64,000 nucleotides of DNA from Methanobacteriota archaeon (lineage in GTDB: Archaea; Thermoplasmatota; Poseidoniia; Poseidoniales; Thalassarchaeaceae): NCBI GenBank assembly GCA_004195615.1, contig PSPW01000001.1, positions 82,881 through 146,880 of the forward strand, written 5' to 3'. Shown in pieces: positions 18,556 through 27,413 of the stretch. The stretch's first letter is position 1. Each line of letters begins with the position of its first letter. The notes under the pieces were generated by a model that was not told the DNA's origin, did not search any database, and was given only the letters and a program-made list of their open reading frames with translations. The position numbers were made by a program, and so were the translations under genes.

Positions 18556-21500
18556 ATGAGGCGCACAGCAGTATTACTAGTAATACTGATGCTGACAGCG
18601 ATTCCTGCTTCGATGAGTCAGGATTTCCGACTGGCCGCCATCCCATCCCAGATGAGCACTGGATCGGGGGCGAACTGCCCCAACCAGACCCATTCGGGGG
18701 ATGCCTTCTACGCAGACGGATCGACTGGAAACGACTCTTGGAATGGAACCCAGGACTGCCCGACCGCCTCCATCCAGGCCGCTGTCGACCTGGCTTCCGA
18801 GAACGGCACGGTGATCGTCAGAGAGGGTGTCTACCACGAGGTCGTCACGTTGGACCAGCAGGGAATGAGGCTGAGGGTAGCCGATGGAGAGAGAGTCATC
18901 CTAGATGGCAGCCGAAGCGTTACTGGCAATCTCGGGGGCTCATGGTCGGTCCACGACTCCTCGTCGACTGAGGGGATCGTCTGGAAGGCGGACCTCACCC
19001 AGGACGCATGGCAGCTCTTCGTGGACTACGAGGAGGAGATGCCAGCGAGGTGGCCCAATGCGAACTTCTCCGACGGGACCGCCCTGGACGACGACGAGTA
19101 CTGGGCCCACGGAAGCGTGAACGTTGATGACTACGAGACGAACGAGACCGCAGCCTGCAACGAGGGGATGTCAAAGTACCAGAGTGGCAACAAGTACTAC
19201 TGCCTCAACTACCTCAATGGCGAGCTGGAGGACGACAACTCATCCTACGCAGGGCACAACGGCCTAATCGACAGCGGCGTGAACGCTACTGACGCGATTG
19301 CCGTCCTGAACATCGGCTCCTTCAGGACGTGGAGCCGAAACGTGACTTCACACAACACCAGCAACGGCTCCTTCAACTTCGAAGAGGTACCCAGTGACGA
19401 GTGGAAGTACAAGCACCACATGTACTTCCTGACACAGAAGCTCGAGCTGCTCGACGTGCCTGGCGAGTGGTTCTTCGACCACGAGTCGTCGGCCAACACC
19501 GTCTACTACATGCCGAGGGACGGCAGCGACCCCAACGACCTAGACATCAGGATGAAGACCCAGCCGTACGCCATACTGTGCTCGGACGACGATGGGGTGG
19601 TGGTCGAGGGCTTCGACTACTTCGCCACCACCTTCAGCCTCGATGACTGCGACGGCTCGGAGATCAGGAACTCCACTCTACTCTACCCCAGCACCTCGAA
19701 GAGGTCTCTCGGCCATGCGGGCGAGGACATGGACAACCGATACGTCTCCAGATTCGATGACTGCATCAGCTGCCTGGTGGACAGCTGTGACTTCCTTTAC
19801 ACCGATGGGGCGGCCTTCGAGGCCCACGGAGGGGCGTCAAGCTCCCAGAACAACACCATCAACAACTCCTACTTCTACCACATCGACTGGTCAGGTTCCG
19901 ACCAAAAGAGCCTGATGACGACCATCATGATGGACGGCACGACCAACCGGTTCACCAACAACACGATGCACAGGACGGGGACCTCCGCGACGATCAGGAT
20001 CGGCAACGCCCCCCAAATCATGTTCAACGAGATCTACGACACCGCCCACATCCAGTCAGACGGGACGGTCGTCCAGATGATGCAGGCAGAGCAGGAGAAC
20101 GCGACAGTCGCCTACAACTGGATCCACGACGTGCCCAAGTACGGCATCAGGATGGACGGGCCGTTCGGCGGTACTAACTCAGGCAGGAACGCGAGCGTGC
20201 ACCACAACGTGCTGTGGAACGTGAACGGCGCCATTGTTGTGAAGGGCGACTACCACAACGTGAGTAACAACACGGTCCTCCTGGGATCCGAGGGCGACAG
20301 GAACCACATCATAGTCCTCTACGACTCGACCGGGGGCAACGAGAACTCGACGATCATGTCCAACGCGGCAAACTCCATCAGCGGTCATCGGACAAACTCG
20401 AACCTCACCGACCCGATTCCCGTCAACTCGACGGCCATCGGCAACAACTGGAACGGATACGACCCCCAGAACACAGGTGAGAACGTCTCCGGAATGCTGG
20501 TCTCCCCCGAGACGAGCGACTTCAGGCCCGTGTTCGGGTCGGAGATAGGCCAGATGGGAGCGGGGGCGTACTCCAGCACCCAGAACGCTACCGTCCCAGC
20601 CGACCCGTCCTCCTTCGACCCATCGACCTACTACTGGCTGCCCGGGATCAAGAGGAACGTCTCGAGTCCCTATCAGAGGACGTCCTTCGACCTACCATGC
20701 CCGTCTGGCCAATATCGATCCGCCGCAGGAGCCTCCTGCGAAGCAGCCCCTGCCGGTCAGCACGTCCCACTCTGGGGGTCAAACTCTCCGACCGAGTGCA
20801 CGACTGGGACCTGGCAGGACGAGACAGGACAGTCCAGCTGCATCGAGGCCGATGCGGGTAACTACGTCGGCACCAACGGGTCGATGATTCAGATACAGTG
20901 CTCCACAGGTTCATGGCAGGACCAGCCCGGTCAGGCGAGCTGCATGAACGCGAGCGCCGGCTACTACGTGGACACCAACGAGTCGGCTACGCAGAACCAA
21001 TGTTCTCCGGGGACATTCCAGCCCCTCGCAGGGCAGACATCCTGCATAGAAGCGGATGCTGGTCACTACGTCGCCCAAGCACCTCTTGAATTCACCTCAA
21101 TCTCTGGAAAATGGGGGCACACTTGTGGAATTATGGTGGACGGAACCCTGTATTGCTGGGGGGACGGAGATTCTGGTCAAATCGGTGACGGGGGGCTGGA
21201 TGATCGTAGTTACGCCGTGGCGGTTGACTTGCCTCCGGGACGAGCCGCGATCTCGGTTTCAGCGGGTTACGCTCACTCGTGCGCCGTATTGGACAACCTC
21301 TCCGCATACTGCTGGGGGATGGGCGGATGGGGGCAGATGGGGCATGGTTCTTGGGATTCCAATCTTGTCCCGGGCCCAGTTTCACTCCCCTCGAACAAAA
21401 CTGTTAGCTCCGTAGTTGCGGGATACGACCACTCCTGCGCATTGATGAACGACTCCTCCCTATACTGTTGGGGAAAGAACGCTGTAGGCCAACTAGGCAA

Positions 21501-24500
21501 CGGTGATGCGACAGTAACCCACTCCTTCAGCCCAATCTTGATCATTGGTAGTTCAGTTGAGTTCGTATCAGCTGGGAATCAGCAAACCTGTGCAATATTG
21601 TCCAATGGGACAGCGTACTGCTGGGGAAGGAACGACTATGGGTCATTGGGCAATATCGAGCAGGGATGGAATGACGACTCGTACGAACCCTTGCAGGTTG
21701 ATGTCCCCCCTGGCAGGGAGGTCACGGTCATTTCTGCAGGAACATCATTACACAGTTGCGCGACTCTGGACAATGGTTCCGCATATTGTTGGGGTTACGG
21801 GAACGATGGGCAACTAGGAAACGCCTCTAGTTACGATACCACCAACTGTGCCGGATACTGGTGCACGTCGGGGCCTACTCCGGTTCAAGTCCTGTTGCCC
21901 CAAGGAAGCAACGCCACCTCGATCAAAACAGGGGGCTCTCACTCTTGTGCAACGCTGTCAAATTATTCCCTTTACTGCTGGGGGCACAATTGGTATGGAG
22001 AGGTCGGTGACGGAACTCAATCATCCAGACTGGTTCCCGTGCTAGCCTCTATCGTTCCCGAAGGAGGAATCTCAGACTTCTCTGCCGGGGGTGGCTATTC
22101 TTGTGTGGTGACTCATGATGACTCTGCATTCTGCTGGGGTGATGGTTCTCTTATGGGAAATGGTAGGCTCGGGATTGGTGAAATCAACGCAACCAATCAT
22201 CTCAATCTAGATCCATTGTTGGAAGTTCGGGGTCCTTATGTTCCCTTCATTAGCCAGACAGCCTGCTCCCTTGGTTCCTACCAGTCATCCACCGGCCAAT
22301 CATCTTGTGATGAAGCAGATGCGGGCCACTTTGTGAGCACGAACGGGTCGGCCACACAGACGCCCTGCGAACTGGGCACCTGGAACAACATGACCGGTCA
22401 AGTCTCCTGCACGAACGCGAGCGTCGGGCACTACGTCGATACCAACGGGTCCGCGACCCAGACCCCCTGCGGACTGGGCACTTGGAACAACATGACCGGT
22501 CAAGTCTCCTGCACGAACGCGAGCGTCGGGCACTACGTCGATACTAACGGGTCCGCGACCCAGACCCCCTGCGGACTGGGCACTTGGAACAACATGACCG
22601 GTCAGTCCAGCTGCACGAACGCGAGTGCCGGCTACTACGTGGACACGAATGGGTCCACCATGCAGACCCCCTGTGACGCGGGGACGTACAACCCGAGTAA
22701 CGGGTCCAACTCGTCTGCAGACTGCCTGACCACTCCTGTGGGCAACTACTCCGGAGCCGGAGCGGCCTCGCCGACACAGTGCTCACCAGGTACGTGGCAG
22801 AACCAGACGGGGCAGTCGAGTTGCATGAACGCCAGTGCTGGCCACTACGTGGACACCAACGGGTCGACTACGCAGACTCCCTGTGCTCCGGGCACATGGA
22901 ACAGCATAACCGGGCAGTCCAGCTGCATCCCGGCATCCCCCGGATACTACGTGGACACCAACGGATCTACCTCCCAAACTCCCTGCGATGCAGGGACGTA
23001 CAACCCCAACTCATCCTCCAACTCCTCCACAGACTGCCTGACCACTCCCGCTGGCAACTACTCCGGAGCCGGAGCGGCCTCGCCGACACAGTGCTCACCA
23101 GGTACGTGGCAGAACCAGACAGGGCAGTCCAGCTGCATCGATGCCAATCCCGGGCACTACGCATCGGGATACGGGAATACAAATGAGACCCAATGCGGGC
23201 TGGGCACTTGGACAGACCAGACGGGACAGAGCTCCTGCGCACCGGCATCCCCCGGATACTACGTGGACTCTAACGGGTCGACGACCCAGACCCCCTGTGA
23301 GTTGGGGACGTACAACCCTAATTCGGGGTCGAGCGATCCATCTGATTGCGTCCAAGCCAGTCCCGGCTACTACGTCGACCAGGAGGGGCAATCGAGCCAG
23401 ACCCCATGTTCCGCTGGCTCGTACAACAACATCACTGGGTCCACCACGTCGTCGGACTGCATCGATGCACAACCAGGATACTACATCGCCTATCCCGGAT
23501 CAACCTCACAGAGCCCCTGCCAGTTGGGGGAGTTCCAGCCATCGCCCGGTCAATCCTCGTGCATCGATGCCGATCCGGGCAACTATGTGGATTCGCTTGC
23601 CTCCACCAGCCAGACGGCCTGCTCCCCTGGCTCGTACCAGCCCAACTACGCGCAGACAGAATGCCTATCTGCAAATGTGGGGCACTACGTCGAGACCTCT
23701 GGATCTGCCAGCGAAACCCCCTGTGATGCGGGGACGTACAACACATTCACCGGATCGGTAGTCTCATCGGACTGCCTAGAAGCGGATCCGGGTTACTTCA
23801 CGGCCTCCTCGGGCTCATCCTCGCAGGTCGCTTGCTCGCCTGGTTCGTACCAGCCCAATCCGGGAGCGACCAGTTGCATCTACGCTACGCCGGGACATTT
23901 CGTCGACCAAGCAGCGGCGACTTCGGAGCAGAGCTGCCATCTCGGAGAGTACCAGCCCAGCACCGCTAGGCAGAGCTGCATGACTGCAGACATAGGGTAC
24001 TACGTGGACTCGATCGGCTCTTCCGGCCAGACGAAGTGTCTGCCAGGCAAGTACAACCCCGACGAGGGGGCCATGACGGTCGATGCATGCATAGATGCCG
24101 CGCCCGGATTCCACGTCCCGACGACCGCAACTGGTGTGAGCAGCCAGACTCCATGCTCGGCTGGGACTTACCAAGCCGCCTATGGGATGACGGAATGCAC
24201 CGAAGCCGAGGCGGGCTACTACGTAGACACGACTGAGGCCTCCTCTCCTACTCCCTGCTCCGCCGGTTCCTATCAGCCAAGCACCGGACAAGTGAGCTGC
24301 CTTGACGCGGGTGATGGGCACTACGTTGCCGGGACGGGGCAGTCCGAACACACGCCGTGTCCGATTGGGACCTACCAGCCCGACGTGGGCAAAATAATCT
24401 GCGAGGACGCGGATCCGGGTTACTTCGTTGGTGAGGAGGGCTCCACCACGCAGACTGGTTGCCATGCTGGGACCTACCAGCCCGGCCAAGCACAGGAAAG

Positions 24501-25992
24501 CTGCATCTCTACAGAGCCGGGGTATTACGTGACTGGGACGAAGGCCACCGAGAAGACCCCCTGCTCCCCAGGGAAATGGCAGAACCAGACCGGGATGACC
24601 ACCTGCAACAGCGCAGAGCCCGGATTCCATGCACCAAACCCGGGAGCGGATGATCAGACTCCCTGTCCGAGTGGGACGTTCCAGTCAGAGTTCGATAGTA
24701 TCGAGTGCGAGAGCGCCCAACCGGGATACGTCGTCAGCCTCGATGGCATGACGGTTTCGAGCCCGTGTCCCACAGGATCCTACCAGTCAGCAGGTGGTCA
24801 GACCAGTTGCACTGAGACGTCTCCGGGGTACTACGTGGACTCCCTTGGTTCCACCGAGCAGTTGTCATGCCAACCAGGGACATGGCAAGACCTCGGGGGC
24901 AAGTCTGGATGCCAGGACGCGCAACCTGGTTACTACGTCGATACCGAGGCTTCGATTGAACAGTCTATCTGCTTAGAGGGGACATACCAGCCGGAAACCG
25001 GCCAATCGGCATGCATAGTTGCACCCACTGGATTCTTCGTGGAGTCCCCGGGCTCATCGGTGCTAACGAAATGCTCCTCGGGACAGCACCAGCCCACCGA
25101 GGGCAGCACTTCCTGCGTGGACAAGCCGGTCAACCCGGTCCTGATAGGGGGTGGAGCTGCCGCCGTTATCATACTACTATTGGCCTCAGTGGTTGGCTTC
25201 AGGGCCTACAAGAGGAAGCAAGATGCGGAATTCGAGGCAATGATGTCAGAGGACCCGGAGGGGGTCGACGCGGAAGACGAGGCTCCCGTGGTAGCGGAGG
25301 AAGCCGAGCCAGTTGACTACAACTCCATGACCGTGCCCCAGCTCAAGGAATTGCTGCAAGAGCGTGACTTGACTGTTGGCGGAGTCAAGACCGAGCTCGT
25401 TTCCAGGCTCGAGGAGGACGATGTGCAGTTGGAGAAGTTCAAGGCGAGGCTTGGGCATGTGGAAGTGGCGGCAGATGTCGTGGAGGAAGATGATGAAGAT
25501 GACCTCCTAGAGGACCTGGAACTCGATGATGACGAGGATGATGAAGATGACCTCCTAGAGGACCTGGAACTCGATGATGACGAGGAGGATATCGATCTAG
25601 ACGAGGAGGATATCGATCTAGATGTTCCTGAGACAACTGAGGAGATTGAGACCACCGAGGTGGAGGGGGAAACCACCGAGGTAAGCGAGGAGATCAGCGA
25701 TGCTGAGTTCGAGGAGTTCGAGGAAGAGGTGACCGATACCCAGGTGGTTGCAGAGGCTCCGGTGGTTGCAGAGGCTCCGGTGGTTGCAGAGGCTCCGGTG
25801 GTTGCAGAGGCTCCGGTTGAGACCAGCGAGGAGATCAGCGATGCTGAGTTCGAGGAGTTCGACGAAGAGGTGGCGGTAGCAGAGACGCCGGTCGGGGCCA
25901 GCGAGGAGATCAGCGATGACGAGTTCGAGGAGTTCGACGAAGAGATCAGTGAGGAAGAGTTCGAGGAGTTCGAGGAGTTCGACGACGAATAG
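18556..25992 (+). CDS. Giant single-pass surface glycoprotein. The order is signal peptide, NxS/T-rich (possibly beta-helix-like) region, 7 RCC1-like repeats, about 30 ephrin-receptor-like Cys repeats, a TM helix, a cytoplasmic SAP motif, and a poly-acidic repeat tail.
   Basis: One ORF spans the whole region. Signal peptide MRRTAVLLVILMLTAIPASMSQ. Dozens of N-x-S/T sequons. Seven repeats of the form YCWG.N..GQLGNG. More than 30 repeats of the form C..G.Y....G...C..C..G.YV. TM helix VLIGGGAAAVIILLLASVVGF followed by YKRK. SAP-like TVPQLKELLQERDLTVGGVKTELVSRLEE. The tail has repeats DDEDDLLEDLELDDDED x2, APVVAE x4 and SEEISDAEFEEFDEE x3. The table start (18502) is TTG; ATG 18556 begins the signal peptide. 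Confidence 0.85.
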   Translation: MRRTAVLLVILMLTAIPASMSQDFRLAAIPSQMSTGSGANCPNQTHSGDAFYADGSTGNDSWNGTQDCPTASIQAAVDLASENGTVIVREGVYHEVVTLDQQGMRLRVADGERVILDGSRSVTGNLGGSWSVHDSSSTEGIVWKADLTQDAWQLFVDYEEEMPARWPNANFSDGTALDDDEYWAHGSVNVDDYETNETAACNEGMSKYQSGNKYYCLNYLNGELEDDNSSYAGHNGLIDSGVNATDAIAVLNIGSFRTWSRNVTSHNTSNGSFNFEEVPSDEWKYKHHMYFLTQKLELLDVPGEWFFDHESSANTVYYMPRDGSDPNDLDIRMKTQPYAILCSDDDGVVVEGFDYFATTFSLDDCDGSEIRNSTLLYPSTSKRSLGHAGEDMDNRYVSRFDDCISCLVDSCDFLYTDGAAFEAHGGASSSQNNTINNSYFYHIDWSGSDQKSLMTTIMMDGTTNRFTNNTMHRTGTSATIRIGNAPQIMFNEIYDTAHIQSDGTVVQMMQAEQENATVAYNWIHDVPKYGIRMDGPFGGTNSGRNASVHHNVLWNVNGAIVVKGDYHNVSNNTVLLGSEGDRNHIIVLYDSTGGNENSTIMSNAANSISGHRTNSNLTDPIPVNSTAIGNNWNGYDPQNTGENVSGMLVSPETSDFRPVFGSEIGQMGAGAYSSTQNATVPADPSSFDPSTYYWLPGIKRNVSSPYQRTSFDLPCPSGQYRSAAGASCEAAPAGQHVPLWGSNSPTECTTGTWQDETGQSSCIEADAGNYVGTNGSMIQIQCSTGSWQDQPGQASCMNASAGYYVDTNESATQNQCSPGTFQPLAGQTSCIEADAGHYVAQAPLEFTSISGKWGHTCGIMVDGTLYCWGDGDSGQIGDGGLDDRSYAVAVDLPPGRAAISVSAGYAHSCAVLDNLSAYCWGMGGWGQMGHGSWDSNLVPGPVSLPSNKTVSSVVAGYDHSCALMNDSSLYCWGKNAVGQLGNGDATVTHSFSPILIIGSSVEFVSAGNQQTCAILSNGTAYCWGRNDYGSLGNIEQGWNDDSYEPLQVDVPPGREVTVISAGTSLHSCATLDNGSAYCWGYGNDGQLGNASSYDTTNCAGYWCTSGPTPVQVLLPQGSNATSIKTGGSHSCATLSNYSLYCWGHNWYGEVGDGTQSSRLVPVLASIVPEGGISDFSAGGGYSCVVTHDDSAFCWGDGSLMGNGRLGIGEINATNHLNLDPLLEVRGPYVPFISQTACSLGSYQSSTGQSSCDEADAGHFVSTNGSATQTPCELGTWNNMTGQVSCTNASVGHYVDTNGSATQTPCGLGTWNNMTGQVSCTNASVGHYVDTNGSATQTPCGLGTWNNMTGQSSCTNASAGYYVDTNGSTMQTPCDAGTYNPSNGSNSSADCLTTPVGNYSGAGAASPTQCSPGTWQNQTGQSSCMNASAGHYVDTNGSTTQTPCAPGTWNSITGQSSCIPASPGYYVDTNGSTSQTPCDAGTYNPNSSSNSSTDCLTTPAGNYSGAGAASPTQCSPGTWQNQTGQSSCIDANPGHYASGYGNTNETQCGLGTWTDQTGQSSCAPASPGYYVDSNGSTTQTPCELGTYNPNSGSSDPSDCVQASPGYYVDQEGQSSQTPCSAGSYNNITGSTTSSDCIDAQPGYYIAYPGSTSQSPCQLGEFQPSPGQSSCIDADPGNYVDSLASTSQTACSPGSYQPNYAQTECLSANVGHYVETSGSASETPCDAGTYNTFTGSVVSSDCLEADPGYFTASSGSSSQVACSPGSYQPNPGATSCIYATPGHFVDQAAATSEQSCHLGEYQPSTARQSCMTADIGYYVDSIGSSGQTKCLPGKYNPDEGAMTVDACIDAAPGFHVPTTATGVSSQTPCSAGTYQAAYGMTECTEAEAGYYVDTTEASSPTPCSAGSYQPSTGQVSCLDAGDGHYVAGTGQSEHTPCPIGTYQPDVGKIICEDADPGYFVGEEGSTTQTGCHAGTYQPGQAQESCISTEPGYYVTGTKATEKTPCSPGKWQNQTGMTTCNSAEPGFHAPNPGADDQTPCPSGTFQSEFDSIECESAQPGYVVSLDGMTVSSPCPTGSYQSAGGQTSCTETSPGYYVDSLGSTEQLSCQPGTWQDLGGKSGCQDAQPGYYVDTEASIEQSICLEGTYQPETGQSACIVAPTGFFVESPGSSVLTKCSSGQHQPTEGSTSCVDKPVNPVLIGGGAAAVIILLLASVVGFRAYKRKQDAEFEAMMSEDPEGVDAEDEAPVVAEEAEPVDYNSMTVPQLKELLQERDLTVGGVKTELVSRLEEDDVQLEKFKARLGHVEVAADVVEEDDEDDLLEDLELDDDEDDEDDLLEDLELDDDEEDIDLDEEDIDLDVPETTEEIETTEVEGETTEVSEEISDAEFEEFEEEVTDTQVVAEAPVVAEAPVVAEAPVVAEAPVETSEEISDAEFEEFDEEVAVAETPVGASEEISDDEFEEFDEEISEEEFEEFEEFDDE
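22381..22686 (+). repeat. Three tandem, near-identical 102-bp (34-aa) in-frame repeats inside the giant surface-protein gene. Copies 2 and 3 differ by about 1 nt.
   Basis: The unit tggaacaacatgaccggtcaagtctcctgcacgaacgcgagcgtcgggcactacgtcgataccaacgggtccgcgacccagaccccctgcggactgggcact recurs at about 22381, 22483 and 22585. A second long copy pair (ggcaactactccggagccggagcggcctcgccgacacagtgctcaccaggtacgtggcagaaccagac) lies about 312 bp apart at about 22741 and 23053. Confidence 0.85.
25480..25989 (+). repeat. In-frame low-complexity acidic repeat block (the C-terminal tail of the giant protein)
   Basis: Short tandem DNA repeats: gatgatgaagatgacctcctagaggacctggaactcgatgatgacgagga x2, gaggatatcgatctagacgag x2, gttgcagaggctccggtg x4, agcgaggagatcagcgatg.tgagttcgaggagttcga x3. 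Confidence 0.8.
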
Positions 25993-26000
25993 GGCCGTGC

Positions 26001-26660
26001 CTAGCCGACGGGTTCCCCGCCTTCGCCCATGAAAGCGAGCCTACCGAGGGATCCCTCTTCCAGCATATGGGAAACGACAGATTCGGGTACCGATTCACCC
26101 ATCACCGATCTCACGGCATCCTCATCGTAGACGGTCGACATCATGTGGGCAGTGGCCCTGACTCTCCAGCCCTCGTATGAGTCGCGATGTTCGAGTTGTT
26201 CGAGGATTACTGGCCATCCGGAGGACTCGTAGAGCTCCGCCGTGCCGATATCGGTGGTGAACAGTGACCCCGAGGCTCCGTGGTACTTCTCGGCATGGGA
26301 GACCCAGTTTGGAGGGTCTTCGATATCCGGGACCGCTACGATAGTTGCTGTGATTCCAGCCGACCCCAGCCATGTTTCGAGCATTGTGGACCTCTCTCCT
26401 GCGGACCATGGGTTCCTCATCGAAGGAGGTTGATTGGATGAGCCGATGGCGATTATGAGTTGCTTGTCGCTTGCATTTGTGGAACGCCATTCCTCAGCGG
26501 CCCGGATTATCAGAGCGTGCCCCTTGTGGACCGGTTGGAACCTACCCAAGACGACCACGCCAGATTCGGGTGGTTCTGCTGGAGGCAGGGGCTCCAGTGG
26601 TAGATCGCTCAATTTGGCGGCCTCCACGCGTCGGAGAATTTTGCTCGACCGATTCTCCAT
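26001..26660 (-). CDS. nadM: Nicotinamide-nucleotide adenylyltransferase (archaeal NadM type)
   Basis: VLGRFQPVHKGH matches the (H/T)xGH cytidylyltransferase motif in archaeal NMNAT context (GRFQPFHKGH). The ATG at 26660 gives a 34-aa N-terminal leader, so a GTG start near 26558 is possible. Confidence 0.7.
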   Translation of the reverse strand: MENRSSKILRRVEAAKLSDLPLEPLPPAEPPESGVVVLGRFQPVHKGHALIIRAAEEWRSTNASDKQLIIAIGSSNQPPSMRNPWSAGERSTMLETWLGSAGITATIVAVPDIEDPPNWVSHAEKYHGASGSLFTTDIGTAELYESSGWPVILEQLEHRDSYEGWRVRATAHMMSTVYDEDAVRSVMGESVPESVVSHMLEEGSLGRLAFMGEGGEPVG

Positions 26661-27286
26661 TCCCCTGCATCGAGGAATTCACGACCCACCATCAGCTGCA
26701 TTTTCGACTTCCTGAGAGACTCCATGACATTGAAGAGCGACTCGCTCAGGGTCCGGTGCGACTCCATGGTGGGCAGGATCATCGGATCCTCGGCCGGCTC
26801 CATCGTCTCGCCCATCTCTTCCCTCCTAGACATCCAGTCCAATACCACAGACTCGGAGTAGGATGACCTGTCCATCCTTGAAAGGGCTTCTGAGAACTGC
26901 TCCCATACCTCTGGCAGGAGGAAGTCATCGGGCCCGGTTACGGATTGGTCTAGCATCGGCTCGACGTATAGAAAAAGCCGCGCGTCCCAGCACCTCCACT
27001 GGACCGATGAGCACCACTTGGCGAGAAGGAGTCTGAGTTCAGCTGCAGCATCGGTGGGAGCCTCGTGGAGGACCATCCCACTCCCTAGCCCTGATGCCCC
27101 GTCAATGATCTCGAGGACCTCTCCCTCCAGATCCACATCGAAGTCGCGGTGAGAGTGGGGATCCGCCTCCGGCCTAGAGTCCCTGAGGGATGATTCCTCC
27201 ATCGCAGACGATATTTCGGACACGCTCATCGCCATCAACGCGTTAAGCAGACCTCGGTCGACCAGATGGAGCATCACATCGACCAT
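26609..27286 (-). CDS. Hypothetical acidic protein (225 aa)
   Basis: The ORF fills the 750-bp gap between nadM and the DRG gene and has protein-like composition. The alternative plus-strand ORF is Arg-rich junk. It overlaps the nadM ATG by 52 nt if nadM starts at 26660. Confidence 0.35.
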   Translation of the reverse strand: MVDVMLHLVDRGLLNALMAMSVSEISSAMEESSLRDSRPEADPHSHRDFDVDLEGEVLEIIDGASGLGSGMVLHEAPTDAAAELRLLLAKWCSSVQWRCWDARLFLYVEPMLDQSVTGPDDFLLPEVWEQFSEALSRMDRSSYSESVVLDWMSRREEMGETMEPAEDPMILPTMESHRTLSESLFNVMESLRKSKMQLMVGREFLDAGEWRIGRAKFSDAWRPPN

Positions 27287-27413
27287 GCACGCGATGGGCC
27301 GCTGATGGCCAAATACCCTCGCTCGATGGATTCAGGCCCTAACGTTCCACCGAATTCAAGAATGTGGGGCCACGCCACCATCAACAGGTAGATGCTAGGG
27401 GCGTGGATTTTGG

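Noticed and set aside
22381-22686. Regularly spaced, near-identical direct repeats that superficially resemble a CRISPR array
   Set aside because: The units are 102 bp with no unique spacers. They are in-frame with the giant ORF and encode a conserved Cys-repeat, so this is protein-coding repeat expansion and not CRISPR.
25480-25989. Minisatellite-like short tandem DNA repeats
   Set aside because: All of them are in-frame and encode the acidic tail (DDEDDLLEDLE, APVVAE, SEEISDAEFEEF) of the giant protein. They are reported as a coding repeat and not as a non-coding satellite.
26471-26866. 131-aa plus-strand ORF between nadM and the DRG gene
   Set aside because: It is Arg-rich and low in complexity, typical of an off-frame GC-rich translation. 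The minus-strand 225-aa ORF over the same DNA looks far more protein-like.
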